A stretch of 64,000 bases of DNA from Massalongia carnosa (GCA_965645245.1 OZ287067.1:2976001-3040000), one strand, 5' to 3'. Shown: positions 50,929 to 63,231, counted from the stretch's first letter. Notes: generated by a model not told the origin, from the letters alone. Made by a program: numbers and translations.

Positions 50929-51940
50929 TACGGAGTAGGTATCAAGGTATCTTAATACTCTGTACTCTGTACCTTGGTATGTTTTGCTGAAACCAACCCT
51001 CAGAGCTCATGGGAATGACAAAGCAAGGACCCGGATGATTCGAGGTCCGAGGTCCGAGTTACGTTTTCTGTTAAGGGAGGATTATGTACTCTGTACCTGG
51101 TCTGTACTCTGTAATTTGCATTCCGTACCGAGTACTCTGTACCGAGTACTCTATACCGAGTACATAATTTGGGTATCATACTCAATGGGTAGGTTTCTTA
51201 AAAGACCGAGCTTTCAGCGACTTCATGCAGAGATTTGCGCACGCATTCGAGTCGGAATTCTCTGTACATGAAAGAAAATGTGCGGAATATCTACTGTAGA
51301 TACAGACTAGGATGAAAAACGAAGAGCGTGGACTGTGATAGGGATATCCTTGATGCACGGAATTGATAGCTTTTCTATACAGAGTACGGAGTACTCCGTA
51401 CGGAATACTCTGCATTCTTTGTACGCGGGGCTAGTTAACTGGTGGATGCATGTCGCTTCCTGTCAAAGGTGCCTTAGGTACCTTAAGCGCCTGTCGAGTA
51501 CCTGTGATGATCCTGGCAGCACGCAGCGGTTGAGACTTGTTGGCGTCGTGCTACAAAGCACCTTTACAGAGCAGGTAGGATAGGGGTGAGATCTGAAACT
51601 TCCCAGAGACACCGTCTTGGCATGATCCAACTGGTGGTGCAGAATACAAGGTGGAGAGTAAATAATACCGTGTACTCTGTACAGCGTACAGAGTACACGG
51701 TATTATTTACTCTCCATCGTGTCCGACTCGGTTACGGTTACTCTATTACCTAAGGAAAACTCATCGGTTGTATGCCTGTCTGTGGGCGTATTTCAAGATA
51801 AAGATTCATACCGAGAAAGGTGGAATTGAAAAACAATACCTAACGGAAGAATTCTCCCGAGTCGTTATGTGCCTCTGATTGGATCAAGACGAGTGTACAG
51901 AGTACTCTGTACAGCTTCTGTTACGTAGCACTACGGAGTA
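50929..51940. repeat. Dense cluster of (TA-CNNNG)n arrays
   Basis: TA-CTCTG-TA-CTCTG-TA (50956); TA-CCGAG-TA-CTCTG-TA-CCGAG-TA-CTCTA-TA-CCGAG-TA (51126-51162); TA-CAGAG-TA-CGGAG-TA-CTCCG-TA-CGGAA-TA-CTCTG (51378-51412); TA-CAGAG-TA-CTCTG-TA (51896-51911); TACGGAGTA (50929, 51932). Confidence 0.85.
51652..51716. repeat. Perfect inverted repeat (31-bp arms, 3-nt loop)
   Basis: TGGAGAGTAAATAATACCGTGTACTCTGTAC-AGC-GTACAGAGTACACGGTATTATTTACTCTCCA. Confidence 0.95.
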
Positions 51941-52666
51941 CGAATACGCACCGATATCACGGTGCTTTGTATGTCTGCCTCCCCTCGTATCTCCTCCATG
52001 ATTGAAATGAATTGATACGACGAGATCATGGCAATTAAGGTGGGATGTACAGGGTATTGCGTACCCTGACTCTACACTCGTACAGATGCTGTTTGTTGCC
52101 TTACCCCCCCTAGTCATCCACGCTCTTCTTTCCCGTAACATGGGCGTATGTATGGTATGGTATGCCTAGTACTCTGTATAGCATGTATAGCCTTCGGTTC
52201 AGGGTCGATACATGCTCTAACGACGTTAATTTCCACTCCCGAAACAACTTGCAAGTGTAGTGAACGAATCATACCGCTCCGACTCCTTCCCCATCACTCC
52301 TTTCCCTTTCTTCCTTTCACTTCTACCTCCCTTCTCCCGTCCACCAGTAACCGCTCAGGTCAAATCTTATTTGTACTCTGATGGACTCACGGACGGAGTA
52401 GGTGCTGAACAAAACTTCAACTCCGCCATTCGCTACAGCTGTCACGAACATTCTCGTTGCCTGTACATCCAGTCCGCGGCATTTCGGAATCTCGCACCCG
52501 ATATTGGAACCTGTTGGGCGGTTTGATCAACACAACGGCGAGTGATCGCGTGGAGCTGCAACTGTCCTAGCATCGACAACGTGTTTGATATCTGTCTGCT
52601 CTCTAGTACAGCCAACGTGCTTCACGCCGGACATAATTGGGTATCCCTCGCGTTGGGCAGGTGGGA

Positions 52667-54815
52667 ATGGCAAACAATCAGGGGCAGAAACCCAACCTGG
52701 ACCGTTATGTGGTGATCCATGTTGCCACGACGTGCGATGAACACGGCGTATATGTTACCAAGGACTCTGCCGAGGTGATTGAGCTCGGCTGGATCCTGCT
52801 CGATGCAAAGAGTTGCGACGAGGTAGATTGAACTTCTTTCCGTCGCTTGACCTGAGAATGAAGCTCACGCGATAAACGCAATAGCTTCACCGGGAGAGCG
52901 TGCTTGTTAAGCCAGTGAACACTCCCATAACGCCTCTATGCAGTGAGTCTAATATCTCCTGTCCGCAACGCCCGTGGAGAATTGCACTGACTTCACTGAC
53001 AGCGAGTCTAACGACGCTGACATGGGAGCATGTTCGGACTGCTGGTTCGTTTCGCGATGCTATTAATCGTTTTGACAGCTTCGCTCAGGAGAATCTTCTG
53101 CCGAATAATCTCGAATTCTCGTTTGTTACCCTCGACTCCTGGGACCTACGCGTCCAGCTTCCTCGGGAAGCGCGCGACAAGGCCGTTGTCCTTCCACCAT
53201 ACCTTCAGCACTCGCGCACCTTCGATCTTCGTACGGAGTACCAGCGATGGCAACAGCATCATCCCGAGTCCCTACCTTTTGGTCCAAGCTCCTTGGGGAA
53301 CATTTGCGCTGCGCTGGAAGTGGAGGCCGTTCAATCATCTGCGCCTATAAAGCACAACCTACCATTCCACCTTCAAGCGCTCGCGCCAGCTTCCCCTCGC
53401 CGGGCAATGGAAGAGGCTGTGACTCTAGCAAGGGTGTTACGAGGGCTCATCCGTAAATCCCAGCCGTCTCACGAACATCCAGATGTTCTTACGCGCCCTA
53501 TGGATGCACGCGCTGATGTACGTGCTTTCCTTTCGGAGCGAAGCAAGGTGTTGCATATGAGTGGCCTTCCGCATGATACAACTCAGTCGGAGCTGGAAAG
53601 CTGGTTCACTCAGTTTGGCGGCCGGCCCATTGCATTTTGGACGTTGCGTACGCCAGATCAGCACAAGCCCACTGGCTCTGGATTTGCTGTATTTTCGTCG
53701 CACGAGGAGGTCAGTCTAGTTTTCTTTTCCCTCCCTTGCCGCATCGTCAAAATAAAGGGAGATAGGGGTAGGTATTACCTGGACTTTCTGACTAAGGATC
53801 CGAGAGTACACACGGGCCAGGATGGAGAACGATGGCTTGTGCGACATGCTGATTTAACTTATAGGCTGCCGAAAGCTTATGCATGAACGGTCGTGCTCTC
53901 AACGAGAAGGCAATCGAAGTTTCGCCCTCGTCAAGTCGAGTACTGGATCGAGCCGCCGAAATACTCACCCCGTTCCCTCCTAGCAAGAACCGGCCCCGAC
54001 CTGGCGACTGGACTTGCCCTTCATGTGGGTTTTCCAACTTCCAGCGCCGTACTGCATGCTTTCGTTGCTCTTTCCCGGCCGTTTCTGCCGGACCCGGTGG
54101 TGACCCGATGGGGTACTCCAATTACGGGTATGGTGCTCCACCGATGATGGCTCCCCATCACCATATGGGTCATCAGGGCGGACATGGGATGGGTCATGGA
54201 CGCGGGATGGGCGGAGGTGGCGGGATGGTTCCGTTTCGAGCTGGTGATTGGAAATGCGGGTCTGAGGGCTGCGGATACCACAACTTTGCGAAGAACGTGA
54301 GTTGTCTGCGTTGCGGCGCTAGCCGTGCCGGAGCTGCCATCGTCGCAGATTCTGCTTTCCCGTCGCCGCTGGAGCCGCCCTCCGGGTACGGCATGGGTCC
54401 TCCCTCCATGGCGGGGACGCCAGGTCCGGGTCCCTTCGCGGCGGCTTCGGGAGCATTTGGCTCCGGAGGCTTTGGTGCACAACAATACGGTGGACCGCCC
54501 AGTCAATATGCCTTGCCTTCCGGGCTGGGCGCCCCAACTGGCGCGTACCCCCCCATGAATACCGGATACGGTCAAGCTGGGGGCCATTCCGGAGGACCCT
54601 TTGATAGTCGAGCAGCGGAGGCTGCTTTTACGTCTGCTGGAAATGGTCCGTCGTCCGCCGGCGCTCCCAACGGGTCGAATTACCCCAGTGGGCCTTACGG
54701 GCCGATGGATGGCGGTCCGGACCCCTTTGCATTCCTCTCGGCCGGCCTCGGTGGTCTATCCATGACTGATGACGCGCGGCGAAACGGCACCAACACCAAT
54801 AAGTCACCTGCTTAG
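52667..54815 (+). CDS. NRP1: RNA-binding protein Nrp1/Arp-like (exonuclease-like N-terminal domain, RRM, two RanBP2-type zinc fingers)
   Basis: YVVIHVATTCDE..EVIELGW, LHMSGLPHDTTQSELESWF..GFAVFSSHEE|AAESLCMNGR, RPGDWTCPSCGFSNFQRRTACFRC, RAGDWKCGSEGCGYHNFAKNVSCLRC. Confidence 0.87.
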
Positions 54816-57800
54816 GGTGATGGTCCTTTATGTTAGTAGCCGTTGGACCGGATGGAGGGTAATATAAATTGTGAAAAGTGTAGGAACGGAACGGGCGGCT
54901 TGGGCTGAGGTCTTTCGTGTCGGAGTTGGGATCGAAGAAAGCGGTAATTCATGCGGAAGCGGTGTGTTCAGGATAAACGATGGGCCATAGATCTCCTCTT
55001 CGGCAGCATAGCGGGATGGATCAGCGACGGTGGTGTTGGTAAGGGGATACCCAAAAAAAAGCCGGGGTGGGGGACTCTAGACGGGGGGGACATCGAGTTT
55101 TGTGCTTTTTCTCCTTTTCTCTCCTTTTACCCCCTTTCCTTCCGTCTCTTTCACAGCCATGTGCGTACGTAACCCCTTTTCTTTTTCGCTTCTTCTCTTT
55201 GTTCTTCTTCCTTCTATTCCGTCGACGACGTTTGGGAGCGTGGAATTTGGTTGGCCAGCGTGGTGGATTTGAGCGAGCTACCTTTTTTTTCGTCATCATT
55301 CCGGAAGAGCAGAGCAAAGCCAAGAAAGCAGAGCAAGACGCGTTTAAATAGGCAGTCAGTAGTTAGTTAGCCAAGTAGCATATCTTCATTTTGTCGAGCC
55401 CTTTTTTTTTGTTGCAAACCGAAAAAAAAGGGGGGTTCTTTGTGCTCTTCTTTACACATAATTATTGCAACCACAACCACCATCACTACCACCTCTCTCT
55501 CTCTCCCTCCCCCTAGCGATGGCTATGACTATAGCATGATTTTTATTTTATTTTCATCCACCTTCACCTAGTGTACGTACATAAGGAAGTTAGGCATTTC
55601 ATTTCATTTCACTCATTCACTTATTTATCCATTCATTTACCCCCATCCCCTTCCCCCACTTCCCTTCTTCCCTAAACAAAAAGCACTACGCGAAGAGTTT
55701 CGTTCCCCCTTCCTCAATACATAAATAACATACATGGATCCATAGGAGTCCTAAACCCATCCATCCTTCACTATCGCTGTTGCTCGCCCTTTTTTTTCTT
55801 TTTTTTCGTCGCCTTTCTCAAAAAACAATATACTCGGTCGATCGGTCGATGGTTCACTCGAGCGTTTTGGTTTTTCCTGTATGATGTGTGTTGTATGATG
55901 TAGGTCCATAACTCGTCGATTCAGTCATCCTATCCTATTCCATATCATTTCATTTCAATCTTGATTGGATGGGTATTTTATAAGAGAGGGAGAGGGAACG
56001 CCCAACTAACGTGTTTTGGTCTATTTGCTATGTTGTGTATAAATATGTAAAAATTTTCTATATGGGTAGTACGTACGTACGTATATCACCTACACAATGC
56101 ATACGTACCCTTTCCCCTTATCAACCAACCCCTTCCCCCCCCAAATAACCAAAAAAAAACTATCCGAACGCCTTCACATACATCATACTCTTCTATTTAT
56201 TCTTCCCAGCGCCACTTTCGTGCTACTGCATCATGCCTAACCCCAGCGTCGGCACCCTTCCTTCACAGTGAAGGCCTGTGTGTCGTTGACTCTGCCAAAC
56301 CCCCCCCAAAATGGCTCGGACGATCCCCCCGGAGTTCCCTATGCTGAAATAATAAAAGGTCACTGCATGGTCAACGTTAACCATGCTCGCCATCGCTTTT
56401 GACCAGCTCCGCTTATGGAGAGAGCGTGGAGCAGGCGAGCGCGCAGGTTGGGGCGAAGGCAGGAGGTGGTCATGCTTGGCGTCGCGCTTCGTCGTGCTGA
56501 GGTTCGCTATTGAGGCCGCTGCTACTGTAAGCACCTCTTTCCGAGCTGCGTGGTCGGCGGAGCCTCTTTGGCGGCACGTATGGAATGCTTATAATAACCT
56601 ATCAAAGCGGGGTAGGGCTTGTCGCGAAATATCGAGCTGCTGGCGATTTAGCGCCTCTGCGCTGACCTCCTCTGTACTTTATGGATACGGGTAGTGTTGT
56701 TGTGGAAACTTTTCCCGCGTCAGCGAGGGGCTTGACGTTCCAGTGCTCGCTGCTGCACCGTCCATGGGTCTCGCTCTGGTTCCGATAGTGGATGGGTTCC
56801 TTGCGGAAACAAGAGGACGTTGAGTGAAGGTCTAATGATACTTTCATGGAGTGGGTGGATTTAATTCGCACCCTCGGTATCCTAAAGACTTTGCCCCGGT
56901 TTTACTTCATGGCGTGCCTTGGCGCTCTGTTAGGCCTCTGGGAAATGGTCTACAGGGCAACGGTGCAGATTGGTCGCGAAAAACCAATGCCCAGCAAAAG
57001 CATCGGAAAACACCTACCAGCCAGAGATCCTGCTATTGAAGGAACCGATCGTGCTGATCCTAAGCGTCTATATGACAGCTTATTAGGATATTCTTTGCTT
57101 GCGCTGCGTGGCGTTTTCCAACGGTTCGTTATTAACGATATGGTGGAGCTAACAAGTTGGTAATATCCACCTGTCTGTTTCTATCAATATATCGGCAGTA
57201 GCATAAACCATTCCTAGAAATAATAGGTATATTAGAGCTGAGAACACGGCTAAAGCCAAGGGTGAGTGTAGACCAGCTCCTGAAACGCGACTCCCTCTTT
57301 GCGTGATCAAGTGAGGCTTGTTCACCTTCCATAGTCTTGGTGCTTTTCACTTCTTATCTTACCCGGCTTTAGCATGGTAGTGGGGGGTTTTTTAAAAAAA
57401 AAAAAAGGCATTATGAAATACCTTATCGATGCATACAACATTAATGCGCCGACCACTCTTATCATAAACAGCATTACCCAGTCGTTCCCACATTTTACCA
57501 TGCAGATGTATAAAAACCCAGGCATACATCTTGCGAGTGGCGTTCCAGCAACTTTAGCCTTTGCGTATATGCTGTTCATTTCTTGGTCTATCATTACGAG
57601 CCAGCCATTCAGAAATGATGCAAACTTGTAAGAAGGCCACCAATGGGTCAGATGAGAAAGGTTGAGGGTTGGGACGCTGAAGGAGAAAAGTCCCAAGCCG
57701 CTGCAGTCAGGCGATAGCAACATGTCAGAACACGAGACAACACGCAATGGAGAGGAAGATGTAGACACAAGCATCGCATGACACGTGGCTTTGATCTTTA

Positions 57801-58381
57801 TTTCTTCAAGTATTGAAGGTTTTCATTGGCATTACCTATCTGCGCAGGCAGTTAGCATAAGTTTCAGGTCACGAGTTGGAATACTAAGTCAATAAGACAA
57901 ATAGGGAGATCAGAGATCCACGTAAAGTAAATATATCATTCACCTATCAGCATCTCATGGACAATAAATCATAGTCTTTTGTCAGACCGGTCAAAGAAGT
58001 CGTTCTATGACCACCTCATTTACCGGATCAACCAACAGATCATTTCGAGGGTAGGAGATCACCATAACCTCCCCCCTCTAGGCGCCAGACCAAGAAATAG
58101 AAGCTTAGGGCGGGAAGAATTTAGCCTCCAGATAAATAAGGTGCTTGCCTAAGTAGCATAATTTTAGCAATGCACGGCTCCTGTAGCCGGGTGAAACGCT
58201 ATCGTTGCACAGGGCATTTGCTTTGGAGTCCATTATCTTGCTCCTCACCACTAGGCAAAGGGCTGCCAGCCAGGGTATCTTCCTTATGAATGCGAAAGAA
58301 AGTCATAGAAGGCAAAATTAAATGCGTATAACCACACAGGGTTTCGATGTGTTATGCAGAAGGGTCGTCAACATTACCAAC

Positions 58382-60715
58382 TCATCGCCACGCTTTGGTA
58401 GGTGGAATTGGAATCGCAACCTCAGGACTAGTTGCTATATCGATTAATCCTCCGGCAGGAATTTGTTCAGGCACTATGCCTTTGCCTTTCCTCGAATGTT
58501 GGGGTGGCTCTTGATACACAGGAGTTAGGTCGATTAACGGCTTTGGCTTCTGTCTCTGGGACGACGATCGCTTCAGACCGCCAGCGTCGGCACCAAGGAT
58601 TGGCGCATTTTTCATAGGGACGCTACCAAGTGTAGACGCTGGATTCCTCTCTCGATCGTTCTGAGGTCTCTGGCGTTGAGAGTATGTTTTACCAAGAAGA
58701 CCTGACTGAACAAAAGGCTGCGGGTTGTTGGCTTTGACGGAATTTTCTTGATCACGGAGGAGTCCATGTACTGGGCCGGTCGCAGCGCCTTTAGCCACAT
58801 CCTCCGTAAGCTTCTTTGGAAAAGACACCGGAGGCGCTGTTCTGTTTCGGCTCGGTTTGGTACCTGATGAAGTGCTGTTTCCCTCTAAAGAAGTATTGAC
58901 TAAGGTTGGCTGGTCGATAGTTCCAACATGTGGGGAGAGGCTGCTAGGCTGTATCTGTTTCTGCACAGAATGATATGGGACTAGGCCTGGTTGACGAACG
59001 GTAGATTCAGCAGCAGTACTTGGGCGATTGTATGATCCGACTGGTTTGGAACCAACAGTTTCCGAAAGTGCTCGATCTCTCGAGCGACCGTTAACAAGGT
59101 CCTTGCGGGGGCCCTGTCCTTCACCCATCACGTTGACCAGATACCAGCTCCTCCACTCTTGAACAGCTTTATACCATACAGTAGCCAACTTCTTATCGCC
59201 GGTCGAAAAGAAGTGAACAAAATTAGCAGTGCTTAAAAACATGCTTGATTTTTGCTGACTCTTCACAGCAAAGCAAACTTTCTTTGGGGGCTTGATTTTT
59301 TTGGCTACCTGACGCGGTGTGGGCACATAAATGTCGAAATCAGAGAGATGACAAATGTTAGATGTCTCACCACTATTTTTCTTAACAACAACCTGCCCAT
59401 CTGATCGCAAAGTGACCCAGCGTTTATCCCAATGCCCTGGCTTTTGTGAATAATATAGGTATACAGAAGTCTCTTCCGGCTGCACTTTTGGCACCTTGGC
59501 AACATCTAGGTCATCATCGATGCCTCCAGTTGGGGAGGATTCAACTACTAGCGTGTTCTGCGTATCCGAATCCCATGAGTTTAAAACGTCTCGAATGTGC
59601 TCATATCTCCGGATTGGTCGCTCAAGCCCTACCTGCTTGAAGGATTCTAGAAGAACAGACGTACTGATGTCCACAGACCCTGGATTCTGAGATGCAATAG
59701 CGCGAATAATGTCCACCGAAGTCGTTGATGGCGTTACAGGGAGAGACATGATAAAATCTCTAGACTTCACGATGACCCTACGTTCTCCAGCGTTCACAGC
59801 GGATATGGGCGCATCGAAGTCAGGCACAGCTGCCTCAGCTCCTGATCCAACCGCAATAGGGGTAGAGATCAGACGTTTCAAGTCCGCTTTGCTGTCCGAT
59901 TTAGCGGATGATTGGTATTTACTGATATGGTCGGCCATCCGCTCTGTGAAGCTCTTCTTCGGCGACGGAGCCCATTTCGAGGTCGAAACGGCGTAATCTG
60001 TAGCGTTTAAGTTTCTTTTCTGCTGCTCAGGATCTATTTTCAGATGGCGTTTAGGGTAATCGTGCTGATGTCGGCTATTTAAACGTTGCTCAAATACATT
60101 TTCTTCTCTGGCGTGTATTGAATGTGCACCAGTGATATGAGGCTGATGGGTAGTACCGTCATTTCTGAGGAGCCCATGCTGTCGTTGCGCCGCTGGTGGG
60201 TGTGCATGATCGGAGGTCACATGAGTTTCGCCTTTGGGCTCCGATCTCTGCACCGTAGAGGTATATTCTCCTCTTGGTAGAACAGGCTCGCGCTTCGAAT
60301 GCTGCATATTCCTATGCGCAGCTGCTGAACTTCGAGTCTCTGGTCTCCGTTCGGAGGTTCCCATGCCCCGCGCGCTTTGATTATTAGGTCTAATGCTTTG
60401 ATCCCCATAGATTTTCTCTTGTACATCGCCATTAGACTGCGCTTTTTGGAGAGAAGAGTCTCTCGGAGGTGGGAGCTCTATCGTTTTTGCGCGGTTGTTT
60501 GAAGGAATAGGAACATTAACGGGGGGCTTTGCTGGACGATTCCCCCTGTATCTAGATTTACTCCTTGCAATGGCATCTTTTGGCGTCATAAAAGCAACTC
60601 CCGATTCTTGTAGAAAAGGCATATTCTTGTTTGGGCGATTATCGCTGTCTTTTAGATGATGGGATCTCGGCGCTTTATGCAACAATGGTGAAGCTATTGA
60701 GCTTTGCGTCTCCAT
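58382..60715 (-). CDS. Conserved fungal protein with ubiquitin/RA-like region and PH-like domain
   Basis: 777-aa ORF; DAPISAVNAGERRV, GLERPIRRYEHIRDVLNSWD, WDKRWVTLRSDGQV..CHLSDFDIY..CFAVKSQQK..WYKAVQEWRSWYL. An upstream exon may exist. Confidence 0.8.
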   Translation of the reverse strand: METQSSIASPLLHKAPRSHHLKDSDNRPNKNMPFLQESGVAFMTPKDAIARSKSRYRGNRPAKPPVNVPIPSNNRAKTIELPPPRDSSLQKAQSNGDVQEKIYGDQSIRPNNQSARGMGTSERRPETRSSAAAHRNMQHSKREPVLPRGEYTSTVQRSEPKGETHVTSDHAHPPAAQRQHGLLRNDGTTHQPHITGAHSIHAREENVFEQRLNSRHQHDYPKRHLKIDPEQQKRNLNATDYAVSTSKWAPSPKKSFTERMADHISKYQSSAKSDSKADLKRLISTPIAVGSGAEAAVPDFDAPISAVNAGERRVIVKSRDFIMSLPVTPSTTSVDIIRAIASQNPGSVDISTSVLLESFKQVGLERPIRRYEHIRDVLNSWDSDTQNTLVVESSPTGGIDDDLDVAKVPKVQPEETSVYLYYSQKPGHWDKRWVTLRSDGQVVVKKNSGETSNICHLSDFDIYVPTPRQVAKKIKPPKKVCFAVKSQQKSSMFLSTANFVHFFSTGDKKLATVWYKAVQEWRSWYLVNVMGEGQGPRKDLVNGRSRDRALSETVGSKPVGSYNRPSTAAESTVRQPGLVPYHSVQKQIQPSSLSPHVGTIDQPTLVNTSLEGNSTSSGTKPSRNRTAPPVSFPKKLTEDVAKGAATGPVHGLLRDQENSVKANNPQPFVQSGLLGKTYSQRQRPQNDRERNPASTLGSVPMKNAPILGADAGGLKRSSSQRQKPKPLIDLTPVYQEPPQHSRKGKGIVPEQIPAGGLIDIATSPEVAIPIPPTKAWR

Positions 60716-62072
60716 TCCGTGTGTGTTGTAAAATGTCGTTGTTTGCTAGAAGACATTGGGAACTGCGCCTGCGAAGGCGTTTGGTCAACAATCATGCAAG
60801 TTATATTCTTTTAATTTGCCAAGGGGAAGGTGTGATACACGCGAAAGGTCGCGTCAAATTACCGGTATAAGGGACCGAGTACAGATACACCAATATTACG
60901 CACGGTTTATATTACATGGTTCTTTTCAGGTTAGGCCGTGTATCAATGTGTGTTCCAACGGCTTTCGGTGATCGGATCTGGCACCATCTCGACACAATGA
61001 ATCCAGGATCGAGTGCCGACTGGAAGAAGCCATGACTATTGCACCTCTACAGAGTATCTCTGCTCTTTAAGTTTTCCCATCGTGAAACACCTGCAGGTCC
61101 CGGGTGAGAAAAGTTAATGAAACTACAGAGTATGTACTCCTCACAGAGGACAACGGTTGAACCGCTTCTGCAAAATGCCTCATGGTCAACCTCCTTATTC
61201 CAGTCATTCCACTACATCGAGGGTTCCGCTTTGACTTCTGGCCCGTTTCAGATGCTTGTTTGCTTCATCTAAGAAAAACAACAACGCTTGGTTTAGGCAG
61301 AGTATACTTTAAAACACACTTTTGGCATCAGCCAGCCCAGACATGCCATATCAAGACTGTTGCGCCCATTGCCTACCTGCCAATCGTTGAGCTTTCATCG
61401 CTATCCCGTCGCCTCTATCACGTAATCTTCATTTCGTCCACGTGTTCGTTCAACTCCGCATGCCTGCGCTGCAATGCGCGTTGCGAATATTGACATCACG
61501 ACAAAGAATCGATCAAATAACTATTGACTTGGAAGTGGATGAAAGTACGAGATAACGACGGCGAGGTATAATAATATCTAGTCAATGATGAGGTGAGTGA
61601 CATGCCTAGCTAGCCTGCGGTAGAAATATGGCATGAAAGTCTATTCTGTACTTCGTACACGCACAGCAAAGCTTGCTCGCTTTGCTTCAAGTGATAGCTA
61701 CCGCTACTACATAAATGACTCTGCCGTGTCTTAAGAGAAGAGTTGGCTTGGATTCGAGAGGGATCTATATGTCAATATTCGGATACAGGGTAGGCATAGT
61801 GGTCTATAGAGTATTGGAGCTTGAATCAACTTTTCCCTCCAAATAGTGAACCGAGTATGGGATGTTTAAAAACAATCAAGATACGGATGATGCGATATGA
61901 ATGATGGAGCGGGAGACTTCTTGACATCAGTTATTATCTCTCGCTGTTAGACCTTGCACATTAATCTGGGGTCTAAACTTTCTAGGTCTAAGCAAAGTAG
62001 GCATCAAGCCTAGAGGAGGCTTCGGGACAGCGCGATTGAAGATATGTATCAAATCCCAAGTTCAAAGTATCA

Positions 62073-63231
62073 TCACTTACGAACAGCCTTGACCTGCCAT
62101 CTCCTGTATTGAGTTAGCCAACCTTGTATCTGATTGTAAGGTGTAGAGACTACCAACCACCAGGACTGAAAGTCTTGTGTCTGTACATTAATATCTAAAT
62201 CCTTGATGGTTTGGCTTGAAAGATGTGTATCATATGGTCTCTTCACAGTAGCTTCTGGATTACCCGCCTCCTTATTGCCATGTATCCCGCCTATAGGCAA
62301 GCCCATTATCTCAGCGAACAGCTGGCAGATTTCGAACTTTGTGAACTTTTCTTCTGACGAGAATTGCAGTATCCTCGGCAGCTCCGATCTGGCTTCTCCC
62401 ATCGTCCAATATTTGGAAGCCACGTCGAATAGCACCCGTGCTATATCTTCAGTGTTGGTTGGATATTTTTGAGCCCAGTCATCCATAATGATCTTGGAGT
62501 CTTTTGTCTGTGCTTTCCACACAACGTCCATCAGAACATTGATAGTGCTTTCACTCGGTTCCTCGGCAGAACCATAGAGGACCGGCACTCTCAGCACAAT
62601 ACCCAGATTTTTTTCTGAATTTTCCTCCAGCACTGCCTTCTCCCCGTCATATTTTGTTTGTCCATAAAAGTTTGGAGGGTCGGGAGTGGCATCAGCTTCA
62701 TAGGGCGCGTCGCCAGGGTTGCCCGGAAACACATAGTCGGTTGAAATATAGATGAGCAGGATCGAGCGGGTAGATGTGGCTTGAGCAAGCCGCCTGGAGG
62801 CATTGATGTTCAGAGAACGGGTGCCCTCTGAATCAGCATCGCACTTCTCTGGAAACCGGTTTGCTGCACCTGAGGATGGTGTTAGTAGGCAACCACAAGG
62901 CAATTTGCAAGTCTGGGGAATAGATCTTGGGAATACACGCACAGTGCACTACAACCTGTGGCCTACCCACCTCATTCCCATTAGCAGGTAGAGTAAAACG
63001 AGATCAAGGAGGTTTCCCATCCGGTTGATGTTTCTAAGATAGTGCATACTTGACTTCTTCCAGAATTGATTCTGTTGCAGCTTGATCGGAAAGATCTAGC
63101 TTCAAAATGGAAGGCGGCTTTGCTCTAGATAAACCAGTGCCCACAGCCTTCCACCCTCCTCTGTCAAAGGCTTGTAGAACCTTGCGACCAAGGAGTCCAG
63201 TAGCACCCGTGACCAACACTGTGTGTGACAT
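62073..63231 (-). CDS. RmlD-like NAD(P)-dependent reductase (dTDP-4-dehydrorhamnose reductase/MAT2B family)
   Basis: VLVTGATGLLG, VVHCAANRFP, IYISTDYVF, PPNFYGQTK (YxxxK), LRVPVLYG, PTNTEDIA, RPYDTHL; several introns. Confidence 0.9.

Noticed and set aside
51126..51412. Heptamer arrays as CRISPR-like or telomeric repeats
   Set aside because: Eukaryotic context, 7-bp units without spacers and no TTAGGG tracts.
57322..57774. Hydrophobic ORFs on both strands
   Set aside because: They span homopolymer runs, and I found no recognisable family or consistent splice model.
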